In this document: positions 29,717 to 39,892 of the stretch, one piece after another
Layout: each line of letters begins with the position of its first letter
How positions within the stretch are numbered: position 1 is the stretch's first letter
Origin: an uncultured Bacilli bacterium
GTDB lineage: Bacteria > Bacillota_I > Bacilli_A > RF39 > UBA660
Length of the DNA: 64,000 bases
Direction of reading: 5' to 3'
NCBI GenBank assembly: GCA_934162445.1
Contig: CAKPIT010000002.1
Coordinates: 11,101-75,100, forward strand
Program-made: the position numbers and the translations under genes
The notes under the pieces: generated by a model
Database searches by the model: none
The model's input: the letters and a program-made list of their open reading frames with translations, nothing else
Told to the model about the DNA's origin: nothing

Positions 29717-31580
29717 TAGTTTTCATTCCTCTTTTCTTTAGATAAATAGATAAAATAGCAATATCAGCAGGATTTACACCACTTATTCTACTGGCTTGAC
29801 CTAAGGTTAGAGGCCTTATTTTCTCTAATTTTTCTAAGGCTTCACTAGCAATATTTGGAATTAGATGATAGTTTATATCATCAGGAATGCTTTTAGTTTC
29901 TAAATCTAACATTTTTAAAGCATCTTTAGTAGCTTTTTTTATATAACCTTCATAAGAAATATTAATTTCAACTTCTTTTTTGACTTCTTTATCATATTTA
30001 GATAAATCTATAAAGTTTTCTAGTGATGTTATAGTTATTTCTGGACGTTTTAATAATTCTTTTAAAGTAATACTATCTTTTATTGGTGAAGTTTCTAGTT
30101 GAGTTAATTTAGCATTAATTTCTTTAGTTGGTGTAATTTTTGTTTTTTCTAATAGGATTTCTAGTTCGCTTATTTGGGACTTTTTAACAAGAAAGTTTTG
30201 ATATATTTCATCATTTATTAATCCTAAGTCATGACCATATTCACGCAATCTTAAATCAGCATTGTCATCGCGTAATAGAAGACGATACTCGGCACGAGAA
30301 GTTAATAAACGATATGGATCTTTAATTCCTTTGGTAACTAAATCATCAATTAAAACACCAATATATGATTCATTTCTTTTTAAGATTAATGGTGGTTTTC
30401 CTTCTAGTTTTTGAACGGCATTTATACCAGCAATTAGGCCTTGACCGGCAGCTTCTTCATAACCACTGGTACCATTGATTTGACCGGCTGTAAAAAGATT
30501 TTCTATAATTTTAGTTTCAAGACTTGGTTTTAATTGTCTTGAATCGATAGCATCATATTCGATGGCATAAGCGTAACGTAATATTTTAGCATTTTCCAAC
30601 CCCTTTAGGGAATGAACCATTTCTTCTTGGATTTCATGAGGCATACTGGTAGAAAAACCTTGAAGATAGATATCACTATAGTGGATGCTTTCGGGTTCTA
30701 GGAAAAGTTGATGACGAGATTTATCACTAAATCTAACCACTTTATCTTCAATAGATGGACAATATCTTGGCCCTACTCCTTCAACATAACCACCATACAT
30801 ACTTGATTCTTTTAAATGATCTTTTATGATTTGATGTGTCTTTTCATTAGTATAGACTAAGTGGCAGGGAATTTGATATTGATAAGCGGTAGCTGTTTTA
30901 TTGTCATAAGAAAATGTTAAATCTTCACTAGATCCCTTCTCTTCTGTTAAAACAGAAAAATCAATTGTATCTTTGGCAAGTCGAGGGGGAGTGCCAGTTT
31001 TTAAACGAAGAATATTAAATCCTATTTTTTTTAGAAAAGGACTTAAATAATTGCTTGGTTTTTCACCATGAGGACCACCAGATGTTTTTTCACTTCCTAC
31101 TAGGATAGAACCACGCAAATAGGTTCCAGTTGTTAAAATTACGGTTTTACTTTCAATTCGTTCGTCAGTTTCTAAAATTACACCGGTAACTTTATTGTCA
31201 TCAATAATTAATTCTTTTACTAAACCTTCTTTTAAAGTTAGATTTTTAGTAGAATTTAGGGCCTTTTGCATTTCTTGTTTGTAGACTACTTTATCAGCTT
31301 GAGCTCTTAAGGCCCAAACGGCTGGTCCTTTTTTAGTATTCAACATTTTCATCTGAAGAGAACTTTTATCGGTGTTTTTAGCCATTTCACCTCCTAAAGC
31401 ATCAATTTCACGAACAACGATTCCTTTGGCAGGTCCACCAATGGAAGGGTTACATGGCATATCACCAATGTTATCTAAATTTCCAGTTACTAAAAGGGTT
31501 TTATGATTGGTTCTTGCCCCTGCTAAAGCGGCTTCAATTCCGGCATGGCCACCACCTACTACAATAACGTCATATTTCAT
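29709..31580 (-). CDS. mnmG: tRNA uridine 5-carboxymethylaminomethyl modification enzyme MnmG/GidA
   Basis: YDVIVVGGGHAGIEAA FAD motif; full length. Confidence 0.97.
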   Translation of the reverse strand: MKYDVIVVGGGHAGIEAALAGARTNHKTLLVTGNLDNIGDMPCNPSIGGPAKGIVVREIDALGGEMAKNTDKSSLQMKMLNTKKGPAVWALRAQADKVVYKQEMQKALNSTKNLTLKEGLVKELIIDDNKVTGVILETDERIESKTVILTTGTYLRGSILVGSEKTSGGPHGEKPSNYLSPFLKKIGFNILRLKTGTPPRLAKDTIDFSVLTEEKGSSEDLTFSYDNKTATAYQYQIPCHLVYTNEKTHQIIKDHLKESSMYGGYVEGVGPRYCPSIEDKVVRFSDKSRHQLFLEPESIHYSDIYLQGFSTSMPHEIQEEMVHSLKGLENAKILRYAYAIEYDAIDSRQLKPSLETKIIENLFTAGQINGTSGYEEAAGQGLIAGINAVQKLEGKPPLILKRNESYIGVLIDDLVTKGIKDPYRLLTSRAEYRLLLRDDNADLRLREYGHDLGLINDEIYQNFLVKKSQISELEILLEKTKITPTKEINAKLTQLETSPIKDSITLKELLKRPEITITSLENFIDLSKYDKEVKKEVEINISYEGYIKKATKDALKMLDLETKSIPDDINYHLIPNIASEALEKLEKIRPLTLGQASRISGVNPADIAILSIYLKKRGMKTND

Positions 31581-31598
31581 TTTAATCACTTCTTTCTT

Positions 31599-32957
31599 TT
31601 ACTTTCCAACACAAAAGTTTGAAAATAATTCATCTAATAATTCTTCACTATAATTTTCACCAATAATTTCTCCTAGATAGTAGAAAACATCTTTTAAATC
31701 TACTTCTATTATATCAATTGGAGCATTATTTTCTAAACTGTTTTTGGCTTCTTCTAGACTTTTTAAAGCTTTTTTAGCCAAGATCAATTGGCGATTATTA
31801 GCCAAGTATGTATAATCTTTTTCTAATAGTTCATTTTGATTAAACATTTTTTTAATTTCTTGTTTTAAGGGCATTATACCTTCAATTGAATTAGTATTGG
31901 TACTAACAACATGTGAAAAATTTAAGAATGTTTGATCAACTTTTGATGGTAAATCATTTTTATTTAAGACCACAATGGTATTTTTGGATTTTACTTTTTC
32001 TATAATTATTTTGTCATTTTCTGTTAAAGGTTCACTGCCATTTAAAACGAGAATTATTAAATCAGCATCATTAATCAAATCAAGACTTTTTTCAACACCA
32101 ATTTTTTCTACTTTGTTAGTGGTTTCATGAATCCCTGCAGTATCTATTAAGGATAAGGTTAAGCCATCAAAGGAAATGGTGCCTTCAACAATATCTCTAG
32201 TAGTTCCAGCAACATCAGTTACAATAGCCTTATTTTCTTGTAGAAAAGTATTTAGAATACTACTTTTACCAACATTAGGACGACCAATAATTATAGTTTT
32301 AATACCATTTTTAATAATTTGGCAATCTTCTGAAATAGTTATTAAATTGGATAAATCTTTGGTTAAATCTTTAATTAGAATATTGATGTTATCAAGGGTT
32401 ATTTCTTCAATATCATAGTATTCGGGATAGTCTATGTTCACTTCAATATTAGCTAGTATTTTCTTTATTTTATTGCGAAATGTAGTTATATAGTTTTTTA
32501 AAGAACCGGTTAGATTGGAAATGGCTAATTGGCGGGCAGAATCGGTGTTGCTGTTTATTAAATCCATGACTGATTCAGCTTCTGTTAAATCAATTCGACC
32601 ATTTAAAAAGGCACGTTTAGTAAATTCCCCCGGATCGGCAACACGACATCCTTTTTCTTGTAGAAGTTCAAAAATTTTTAAGGTGGTAGAAATAGCTCCA
32701 TGACAGTTGATTTCAACAACGTTTTCTTTGGTAAAAGTCTTAGGGGCTAACATTACACTTACTAAGACTTCGTCTATTACTTTTTCATTATCAATAATAT
32801 AACCATAATTTATAGTATGACTTTTTACTTTGGTTAAGTCTTTACCTTTAAAAATAGAATTTACAATCGTTAGTGAATCTGGTCCACTGACACGAATTAT
32901 AGAAATAGCCCCTACTCCTAGTTTGGTGGAAATAGCAGCAATGGTATCATTATTCAT
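31599..32957 (-). CDS. mnmE: tRNA modification GTPase MnmE/TrmE
   Basis: GRPNVGKSS G1 motif, DTAG, and C-terminal FCVGK. Confidence 0.97.
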   Translation of the reverse strand: MNNDTIAAISTKLGVGAISIIRVSGPDSLTIVNSIFKGKDLTKVKSHTINYGYIIDNEKVIDEVLVSVMLAPKTFTKENVVEINCHGAISTTLKIFELLQEKGCRVADPGEFTKRAFLNGRIDLTEAESVMDLINSNTDSARQLAISNLTGSLKNYITTFRNKIKKILANIEVNIDYPEYYDIEEITLDNINILIKDLTKDLSNLITISEDCQIIKNGIKTIIIGRPNVGKSSILNTFLQENKAIVTDVAGTTRDIVEGTISFDGLTLSLIDTAGIHETTNKVEKIGVEKSLDLINDADLIILVLNGSEPLTENDKIIIEKVKSKNTIVVLNKNDLPSKVDQTFLNFSHVVSTNTNSIEGIMPLKQEIKKMFNQNELLEKDYTYLANNRQLILAKKALKSLEEAKNSLENNAPIDIIEVDLKDVFYYLGEIIGENYSEELLDELFSNFCVGK

Positions 32958-33045
32958 ATTTTCATCCCCTTTGTTTTTCAGTTTTATTATTATAAGTGGT
33001 TTTTACTTGTTTGTAAATATTATAATTTTTTATATAAAAAAGGAA

Positions 33046-33657
33046 TTATTCATTCCTTGGTTTTATAACAACATAACGATTAGGCTCCTCGCCTTCACTT
33101 TCGGTGTAGACATATTTGTTATTATTTAAAACATTATGGACAAGACGGCGTTGATATGAATTCATTTTATCCATTTTAACAGCTATCTTAGTTTCTTTTA
33201 CTTCCCGAGCTAATTTCTTAGCAAGGTATTCAATATGTCTATCACTTTTTTCTTTATAGTTATTAACATCGATAAAAAAGCGATAATCTTTTCCTAGTTC
33301 TTTTAGAAGTATTTGATTAACGATAATTGTTAAAGCTTTTAAGTTTTTGCCATCTTTACCAATTAGAAGGGCATCATTATTGGAATATAGACGATAGGTT
33401 GGAATATTGTTTGTAACACTAATTTCCATATCACATTCAAAGCCCATGTCTTTTAATAAAGTTTTAATGATTTGTTTCAAATAATCTTTAACTTCTCTTT
33501 TTTCTACTACTTCAATTTCTATTTTTTTAGAAAGAAGACTCTTTTTCTCTTCTTGAGTTACAATTATTAAATTTTCTTCTAATTCTTGTAGATCTAAAGT
33601 GGCATTTTTAATAGCTTCTTCCTTAGTTTTTCCAGTATAATTATGCTTTTTTAACAT
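33046..33657 (-). CDS. khpB: Jag/KhpB RNA-binding protein (Jag_N + KH + R3H)
   Basis: LIGKDGKNLKAL (KH) and NSYQRRLVH (R3H). Confidence 0.9.
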   Translation of the reverse strand: MLKKHNYTGKTKEEAIKNATLDLQELEENLIIVTQEEKKSLLSKKIEIEVVEKREVKDYLKQIIKTLLKDMGFECDMEISVTNNIPTYRLYSNNDALLIGKDGKNLKALTIIVNQILLKELGKDYRFFIDVNNYKEKSDRHIEYLAKKLAREVKETKIAVKMDKMNSYQRRLVHNVLNNNKYVYTESEGEEPNRYVVIKPRNE

Positions 33658-34582
33658 GTTTTTTACTTCCTTTCATAACAATCATATTTTGAATAATAGC
33701 AAATATATTTCCTACTGTCCAATATATTCCTAACGCACTTGGCATGAAGAAAGCAGTTATTATTATTATAACACTCATCATGATTGGCATCATTTTGGTT
33801 GATGGATCATTAGTATTTATATTAGTAGTTTTAAACATAAAGATAGTTGAAGCACCAATTAAGACAGCTAGAATTAAATACATATAAAATGTATTGGTAC
33901 CAAGACCTATTATTGGAGTTGTTCCTAATTGAATTCCTAAAAAGTTATCTTCAAAGATAGCAGGAACTCTATTGATTGCTTCTAAAAAGGCGAATAGTAG
34001 TGGTAATTGAATAAAGGAAATAAGACAACCGACAATAGGATTAAAATTATATTTTTTATAAACCATCATCATTTCTTGATTTTGTTTTAACATAGACTCT
34101 TGATCTGTTTTTCCTTCATATTTTTTTCTAATTCTCTCTAATTCAGGGGAAGCTTGCTTCATATTTTCATTTTGAAGAGCCATTTTTTTGGTAAATGGGA
34201 AGAGAATTAATCTTATAGCAATAGTAATAATAATAATACTTAAGGCAAAACTACCAATAGATGTACCTAATATTAATATTAAGTAGGCTAGGGGTTTAAC
34301 AAATAAACCGGTCCATAGTCCTTCATATTTGGTAGAGGTAGGAGTAAATTTAGAACATTTAGGTAATTTGTCTATTTTTACACCATTTTTCTTATATATT
34401 TCTCTTGTTTTAGCATTTTCTGGTTGACATAAGATATTTTTAGTTAAACTTTGACCAGTTTCAGGGTTTTTCACAGCCTTTTTATTTTTATCAACTAAAG
34501 TTGTCTGACAACCGGTTAATAAAAATATGGCAAAAATTATTAAAATTATTTTTAGGGTTTTATTTTGTTTTGTTTTTTTCAT
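33641..34582 (-). CDS. yidC: Membrane protein insertase YidC/SpoIIIJ (lipoprotein)
   Basis: LLTGCQ lipobox; conserved YidC TM core; synteny with rnpA. Confidence 0.93.
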   Translation of the reverse strand: MKKTKQNKTLKIILIIFAIFLLTGCQTTLVDKNKKAVKNPETGQSLTKNILCQPENAKTREIYKKNGVKIDKLPKCSKFTPTSTKYEGLWTGLFVKPLAYLILILGTSIGSFALSIIIITIAIRLILFPFTKKMALQNENMKQASPELERIRKKYEGKTDQESMLKQNQEMMMVYKKYNFNPIVGCLISFIQLPLLFAFLEAINRVPAIFEDNFLGIQLGTTPIIGLGTNTFYMYLILAVLIGASTIFMFKTTNINTNDPSTKMMPIMMSVIIIITAFFMPSALGIYWTVGNIFAIIQNMIVMKGSKKHVKKA

Positions 34583-34919
34583 GGGAATACTCCTTACTTA
34601 TTTTATTTAATAGCCCCTCTAAACTTTTTTCTAGTTCTTGATATGACAAATTTAAACAGCTATTTCTTATAATTATAATACAATTATAGTTTTTTGGATA
34701 GGACTTTTGATAGTTTCTTATAATTGCTCTTACTTTTCGTTTTAATTTATTACGAAGATGAGCTTTACCTATTTTTTTACCAACAGAAATACCATATTTA
34801 TTGTAGTCAGTCTTGGCTTCTTGATAAAAAACTACAAAGTTATAATTTTTTATCATTTGGCCGTTTTTAATAAGACTATCAAAAACTTTGCTTTCTTTGA
34901 TAATATATTTTTTATTCAT
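34560..34919 (-). CDS. rnpA: Ribonuclease P protein component
   Basis: Basic 119-aa protein with VGKKIGKAHLRNKLKRKVR (RNR-like motif), downstream of rpmH. Confidence 0.93.
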   Translation of the reverse strand: MNKKYIIKESKVFDSLIKNGQMIKNYNFVVFYQEAKTDYNKYGISVGKKIGKAHLRNKLKRKVRAIIRNYQKSYPKNYNCIIIIRNSCLNLSYQELEKSLEGLLNKISKEYSHEKNKTK

Positions 34920-34934
34920 AAATACACCACCTAG

Positions 34935-34961
34935 TTAAAAAAACCACTGCAAAAACAGTGG
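34935..34961 (-). terminator. Hairpin + U-run between rpmH and rnpA (partial terminator/attenuator)
   Basis: Minus strand reads CCACTGtttttGCAGTGG followed by TTTTTTT. Confidence 0.6.
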
Positions 34962-34965
34962 ATAT

Positions 34966-35094
34966 TTATTTTACTAATTCTTTGCGTCCTTTTCTACGAC
35001 GATCATTTAAAATATTTCCTTTTGCGTTTTTACGAGCAAAGAATCCGTGTTTTTTAGCTTGTTTTCTATTATTTGGTTGATAAGTTCTTTTCAT
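34966..35094 (-). CDS. rpmH: 50S ribosomal protein L34
   Basis: [22 protein letters not shown]...; 42 aa. The longer track ORF has an unsupported N-terminal extension. Confidence 0.96.
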   Translation of the reverse strand: MKRTYQPNNRKQAKKHGFFARKNAKGNILNDRRRKGRKELVK

Positions 35095-35199
35095 TTTTAC
35101 ACCTCCAGACTTGAAATCTACATTATTATAATAAGAAGAAAGTCTGTTTGTCAAGAAAAACCACACAAATTAGAAATTTAATTAATATTTTGCACAGAA

Positions 35200-35353
35200 T
35201 GTGGAAAAAAGGAATTAACTTGTTGATTAAAAAATTGTGGAAAATGTGGAAAACTCAAAAATATGTTGATATATTTATATTTTGATTGTGGAGAAATTTG
35301 TCGAAAAATTGTGGATAAATAAAAAGTTGATTTTTGCTATTTCTTTTTCCACA
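35200..35353. promoter_or_regulatory. oriC left part: cluster of at least 6 DnaA boxes upstream of dnaA
   Basis: TGTGGAAAA at 35200, 35236 and 35245 (the last two in tandem). TGTGGAGAA at 35287. Perfect TGTGGATAA at 35310. TTTTCCACA at 35345. Confidence 0.88.
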
Positions 35354-35400
35354 AATTTAGAGTATTATAATGGTAATTTAGAAATTCAGGTGGGAGAGTG

Positions 35401-36789
35401 ATGGAAATGAATGTGGAAATTTTATGGCAAAATGTCTTAAAAGAAATCAATGATGAACTTTCCTCTCTTGCTTTTGATACTTGGTTTGATCAAGTGAGGC
35501 TTATTGAACTTAAAGATGGAGTGGCTATAATTGAAGTGCCTATGTCTATTCATAAGAAACACTTATCTGATAATTATGCAGAGCTTATTAAAGAATCCTT
35601 AAATAAGGTTACAGGAACTTATTTTGAATTAAAATTTTATTTACCTGATGAAGTTATAAGAGAAAAAGAGGAGAATAAAGAGAAAGAAAAAGAAAAAAAT
35701 ATTGATGTTAGTGCTAATACTGCTAGAAATTATAAAGAAAAATCAAATTTGAATGCAAAATATAATTTTGAAAATTTTATTGTAGGAAATAGTAATAAGT
35801 TTGCACAAGCAGCAGCACTTTCAGTGGCAGAAAATCCCGGAAAAATGTACAATCCTTTATTTATATACGGTAATAGTGGGTTGGGGAAGACACATTTGAT
35901 GCATGCTATTGGTAATTATATTGTGGAAAATTCTTCTAAGAGAGTTCTTTATGTTACCAGTGATCAATTTAGAGATGATTTTGTAGGTATTAATAAAAAA
36001 GATAATAATGGAACTAATTTTAGTTATATTGATTTTTTCAAGAATAAATATCGAAATATTGATGTATTAATTATTGATGATATTCAGTTTTTAGGAGGGG
36101 CAACGCAAACGCAACAGGAGTTTTTCCACACTTTTACTAATCTTTATAATGACTCTAAACAAATTATTATATCTTCTGATCGATCTCCTAATGATTTAAA
36201 ACTATTAGAGGAAAGATTAAGAACTAGATTCTGTTGGGGATTGACAGTTAATATTTATCCACCAGATTTTGAATTAAGGAAAGAAATTTTAAGAAAGAAA
36301 ATTATAGCTGGTAATTTTGAAACGGATATTTCAGAAGATATTATTGAATATATTGCGTCTAATATGGGAAGTGATGTTAGACAGCTTGAAGGTTCCATAA
36401 CTAGATTGGTAGCTTATTCTACAATAATGGGGGGAGCAAAAATCGATATTAATTTAGCAATTGAAGCATTAAAAGACTTTATTAGTAAAGGTTTATGTGA
36501 AAAGAACGATATTACAAGGATTCAGAAGATTGTCTCCGAGTATTTTCAAATTTCAGTTGAAGATATTAGATCTAAGAAAAGAAGTAGTAATATAGCGTTT
36601 CCAAGGCAAATTGCTATGTATTTATGCCGAAAATTAACAAGTGAATCATTTCCTAAGATAGGAACAGAGTTTGGAGGCAAGGATCATTCAACAGTTATGC
36701 ACTCAGTTGAAAAAATAGAAACAGAAATTAGAAATAATAAGGATTTAGCCGCTATTATTAAGAAACTTGAAAATGATTTAAAACCTTAA
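35401..36789 (+). CDS. dnaA: Chromosomal replication initiator DnaA
   Basis: GNSGLGKTHL Walker A; C-terminal DHSTVMH DNA-binding motif. The start could be 35401 or 35407. Confidence 0.97.
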   Translation: MEMNVEILWQNVLKEINDELSSLAFDTWFDQVRLIELKDGVAIIEVPMSIHKKHLSDNYAELIKESLNKVTGTYFELKFYLPDEVIREKEENKEKEKEKNIDVSANTARNYKEKSNLNAKYNFENFIVGNSNKFAQAAALSVAENPGKMYNPLFIYGNSGLGKTHLMHAIGNYIVENSSKRVLYVTSDQFRDDFVGINKKDNNGTNFSYIDFFKNKYRNIDVLIIDDIQFLGGATQTQQEFFHTFTNLYNDSKQIIISSDRSPNDLKLLEERLRTRFCWGLTVNIYPPDFELRKEILRKKIIAGNFETDISEDIIEYIASNMGSDVRQLEGSITRLVAYSTIMGGAKIDINLAIEALKDFISKGLCEKNDITRIQKIVSEYFQISVEDIRSKKRSSNIAFPRQIAMYLCRKLTSESFPKIGTEFGGKDHSTVMHSVEKIETEIRNNKDLAAIIKKLENDLKP

Positions 36790-36818
36790 ATTGTTGAAAA
36801 GTAGAAGTTATAAACACT

Positions 36819-36929
36819 TTTTCCACAGTTATTGTTGATAAATTTATGTTATAATATAAGCAAATAACTTTATTTTCCACAATTTCCACTGTGTAAATAT
36901 AAATATTATAAAGAAAGAAGGAATAAATT
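36819..36929. promoter_or_regulatory. oriC right part: DnaA boxes plus an AT-rich candidate unwinding region between dnaA and dnaN
   Basis: TTTTCCACA at 36819 and 36873, and a weaker ATTTCCACT at 36882. About 40 bp of almost pure A/T follow, up to the dnaN RBS. Confidence 0.75.
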
Positions 36930-38057
36930 ATGAAATTTACAATTAGAAAAGAAATATTAATGGATGCTTTAAATAAGGTAAGTAAAGCAATATCTAGTAG
37001 AAATATTATTCCCGTTTTAGCTGGAATAAAGTTTGATTTAACAAAAAAGAAATTAACCTTAACAGCAAGTGATAATGATATTACTATTCAAACCTTTATA
37101 GAATGTAATGATGAAGATATTATTACTGTAAAGGAAGAAGGTAGTATCATTATTCAAGGTAAGTATATTTTAGATATTGTTAGAAAGTTACCGGATAAGT
37201 TTATAAATATTGAAGTAGTAGATGAGTTAAAAATTTTAATTTATACAGAAAATAGTGAATTTAATTTGAATGGTATAAGTGAAAAAGAATATCCAAACAT
37301 TGATTTGGGTGAAAGTAAAAATCATATTGAGCTTTCTGCAAGAGTTATTAAGGATATTGTTAATCAAACCTCTTTTGCGACAAGTATTGATGAAAATAAG
37401 GCTATTTTAAATGGTATTAATTTTAATATTAATTCAGATATTCTTGAATGTAATGCTACTGATTCTTACAGATTAGCTCGAAAAATTATAAAGTTATCTA
37501 AAGCAAGTAAGGAAAATCAAAATATTGTAATTCCTAGTAAAAATTTAGTGGAATTTACAAGAATAATAGAGGATACTGATGATTTAGTAGAGATTCATAT
37601 CTTTAATAATAAAGTTTTATTTAAGTATCAAAGTCTTTTATTTCAATCTAGATTAATAAATGGTAGTTATCCTAATACTTCTAATTTATTACCTAAAGAT
37701 TATTTAGTAAAATTACATTTTAATATTAATCAATTTTATGATGTTGTTGATCGCGTTAGTATTTTAACAAGTGATAAGGATAAAAATGTGGTGACTCTTG
37801 AGACTGATGGTAATAATTTAATTATGAAATCTTCTAGTGCAGAAATTGGTAGAGTAGAAGAGAAGATGCAAATTACTAAGGATAATGATATTGATGTTAA
37901 AGTATCTTTTAGTTCTAAATATATGATGGATGCTTTAAAATCATTCAATACTCTTGATGTTGAATTGTATTTTGTGGGGGAAATTAAACCTATTATTTTA
38001 AAGAGTAGTGGGGATGAAACTTTAACCCAATTAGTGTTACCAATTAGGACATATTAG
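36930..38057 (+). CDS. dnaN: DNA polymerase III beta sliding clamp
   Basis: 375 aa, three-domain clamp, dnaA-dnaN synteny. Confidence 0.96.
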   Translation: MKFTIRKEILMDALNKVSKAISSRNIIPVLAGIKFDLTKKKLTLTASDNDITIQTFIECNDEDIITVKEEGSIIIQGKYILDIVRKLPDKFINIEVVDELKILIYTENSEFNLNGISEKEYPNIDLGESKNHIELSARVIKDIVNQTSFATSIDENKAILNGINFNINSDILECNATDSYRLARKIIKLSKASKENQNIVIPSKNLVEFTRIIEDTDDLVEIHIFNNKVLFKYQSLLFQSRLINGSYPNTSNLLPKDYLVKLHFNINQFYDVVDRVSILTSDKDKNVVTLETDGNNLIMKSSSAEIGRVEEKMQITKDNDIDVKVSFSSKYMMDALKSFNTLDVELYFVGEIKPIILKSSGDETLTQLVLPIRTY

Positions 38058-38195
38058 GACAAATATCAAGAAAAAAGGTAAAAAAATTACTTTTTTTCTT
38101 TTTTTGTGATAAAAAACAACAATTTTCGACAATATAATATAGTAGACTGGTAGCCAAGCAATTTATTATTGCTTAAGGAAGGGGAGTTTCGAAAA

Positions 38196-38657
38196 ATGAA
38201 TGAATATGAGATTAATGATGAGACACTTGCGATTATGCCTGATAATGTATGGAATTCGATTGTAGTAGAGGACCAAGCTTCTTATGAAATTAGCAAAAAA
38301 CCATTAGATATTGTAGATTATAGTTGTAAATACTTTGGTAGTTCATATGATGGCAGAAAGTCAGGAGCTAAAACCATTCTAAATAGTGGTTATAAGTTAC
38401 CTATTTTGGTAGAGGGAACTAGAAATATTGTGTTTTTTCCTACAATTTCGCCGCTTGATGCTGATTGTTGTTGGATATCTTTAAAAAATATAAAAAGTTA
38501 TTCAAAAATTAATGATTATCAGACTTTGGTAGAATTTAAAAACAACAGAACTTTGGTAGTTAATATATCACTAAATTCCTTTAATAATCAGGTTATGAGA
38601 GCAAGTAGACTTGAATCAACAATTCGAAATAGACAAACAAAAAAAGAAACGATATAA
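38196..38657 (+). CDS. comK: ComK-family competence transcription factor
   Basis: YEINDETLAIMP..., PLDIVDYSCKYFGSSYDGRKSGA, IVFFPTISP and NSFNNQVMRASRL align with B. subtilis ComK as I recall it. GGGGAG RBS before the ATG at 38196. Confidence 0.8.
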   Translation: MNEYEINDETLAIMPDNVWNSIVVEDQASYEISKKPLDIVDYSCKYFGSSYDGRKSGAKTILNSGYKLPILVEGTRNIVFFPTISPLDADCCWISLKNIKSYSKINDYQTLVEFKNNRTLVVNISLNSFNNQVMRASRLESTIRNRQTKKETI

Positions 38658-38681
38658 AAAAGCATTTAATTTGCTTTTTTT
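38656..38681 (+). terminator. Intrinsic terminator after comK
   Basis: aaaaagca-tttaatt-tgcttttttt. Confidence 0.7.
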
Positions 38682-38777
38682 GTGTTTTTTAGGGCGAAAT
38701 ATGATATAATATATGTGCGTGTATAGGAGTACTAAAATAGGGTGTAGGTGATAATATGGATAAATATTTGTGTAATT

Positions 38778-39890
38778 ATGATAATTAGGTCATTAAAAGT
38801 TACGAATTTTCGTAATTATGATAAATTTAATATTACTTTTGGATCAAATATGAATATTTTTATTGGAAGTAATGGTAGTGGAAAAACAAATATTTTGGAA
38901 TCTATTTCTTTATTGGGGTTAACAAAATCATTTCGTAATGTTCTTGATATTGATTTAATTAAATTTAATAAGGCTACTGCTTTAATTGAAGGAAGAGTTA
39001 ATAATAATAAGCAACTTAAGGATTTAAAAATAACTCTTAGAGATAAGAAAAAAGAAGTTTTTGTCAATGATAAAAAAGTTAAAAGATATGCTGACTATAT
39101 TTCTAATTTAAATATAATAGTATTTAGTCCACTTGATTTAGAAATTATTAAAGGTTCACCTAGTATTAGAAGAAATTTGTTGAATGTTTCTCTTTCACAA
39201 ATTTCTTATCAATATTTAGTTACTTATAATGAATATAATAAGATTTTAAAAACGCGCAATGAATATCTTAAAATTTTATATACCAATAGTATTGCAGATA
39301 TTTCTTATTTAGATATTTTAACTGATAAATTAGTTGAGAAAGCGGTTGAAATATATATGCTTAGATATGAGTATTTAAAGAAGATTAATGAAAATATTAG
39401 TAATATATATGAATTTATAACTTTGATTCCTACTTCGGTTAAGATAGTTTATAAACCTAATGTAGAGATTGATTTTGATGATGTTCAATCAATTTCTGAT
39501 AAATTAAAAAGTATTTATAAGAAATATTATAAAAAGGAATTACAACTTGGTATGACTATTTATGGGCCACATCGTGATGATTTTCTTTTTTATTTAGATG
39601 ATAAGGATATGAAATTATTTTCGTCACAGGGGCAACAAAAGTGTGCTGTATTAGCGTATAAACTTTCCTCTATTGCAATTTTTAAAGAGTATAGTGGTAC
39701 TAATCCAGTGTTACTTTTAGATGATATTTTTAGTGAACTTGACTTGGAAAAGAGGAATCGGGTTCTTAAATATATAAATAAAGATATTCAGAGTATAATT
39801 ACGACAACTGATTTGAAAAATATTTCAAAGGCTACTTTGAAAGATGCAGTTATTTTTAAAGTGGATAATGGAAAAATTGAAAGGAGTTAA
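38778..39890 (+). CDS. recF: DNA replication and repair protein RecF
   Basis: [14 protein letters not shown]...[12 protein letters not shown]; [11 protein letters not shown]. Start chosen by homology; the RBS is weak. Confidence 0.93.
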   Translation: MIIRSLKVTNFRNYDKFNITFGSNMNIFIGSNGSGKTNILESISLLGLTKSFRNVLDIDLIKFNKATALIEGRVNNNKQLKDLKITLRDKKKEVFVNDKKVKRYADYISNLNIIVFSPLDLEIIKGSPSIRRNLLNVSLSQISYQYLVTYNEYNKILKTRNEYLKILYTNSIADISYLDILTDKLVEKAVEIYMLRYEYLKKINENISNIYEFITLIPTSVKIVYKPNVEIDFDDVQSISDKLKSIYKKYYKKELQLGMTIYGPHRDDFLFYLDDKDMKLFSSQGQQKCAVLAYKLSSIAIFKEYSGTNPVLLLDDIFSELDLEKRNRVLKYINKDIQSIITTTDLKNISKATLKDAVIFKVDNGKIERS

Positions 39891-39892
39891 AT

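Noticed and set aside
38111-38126. Possible ComK box (A4-N5-T4) upstream of comK, suggesting autoregulation
   Set aside because: aaaaaacaacaatttt gives A4-N6-T4 rather than N5, and I found no second properly phased box. In roughly 75% A+T DNA such runs are expected by chance.
38756-38788. 10-codon upstream ORF ([10 protein letters not shown]) overlapping the recF start codon
   Set aside because: It is plausible as translational coupling because the recF RBS is weak. However, it is too short and unconserved-looking to support from sequence alone. It may instead indicate that recF starts at the GTG at 38748.
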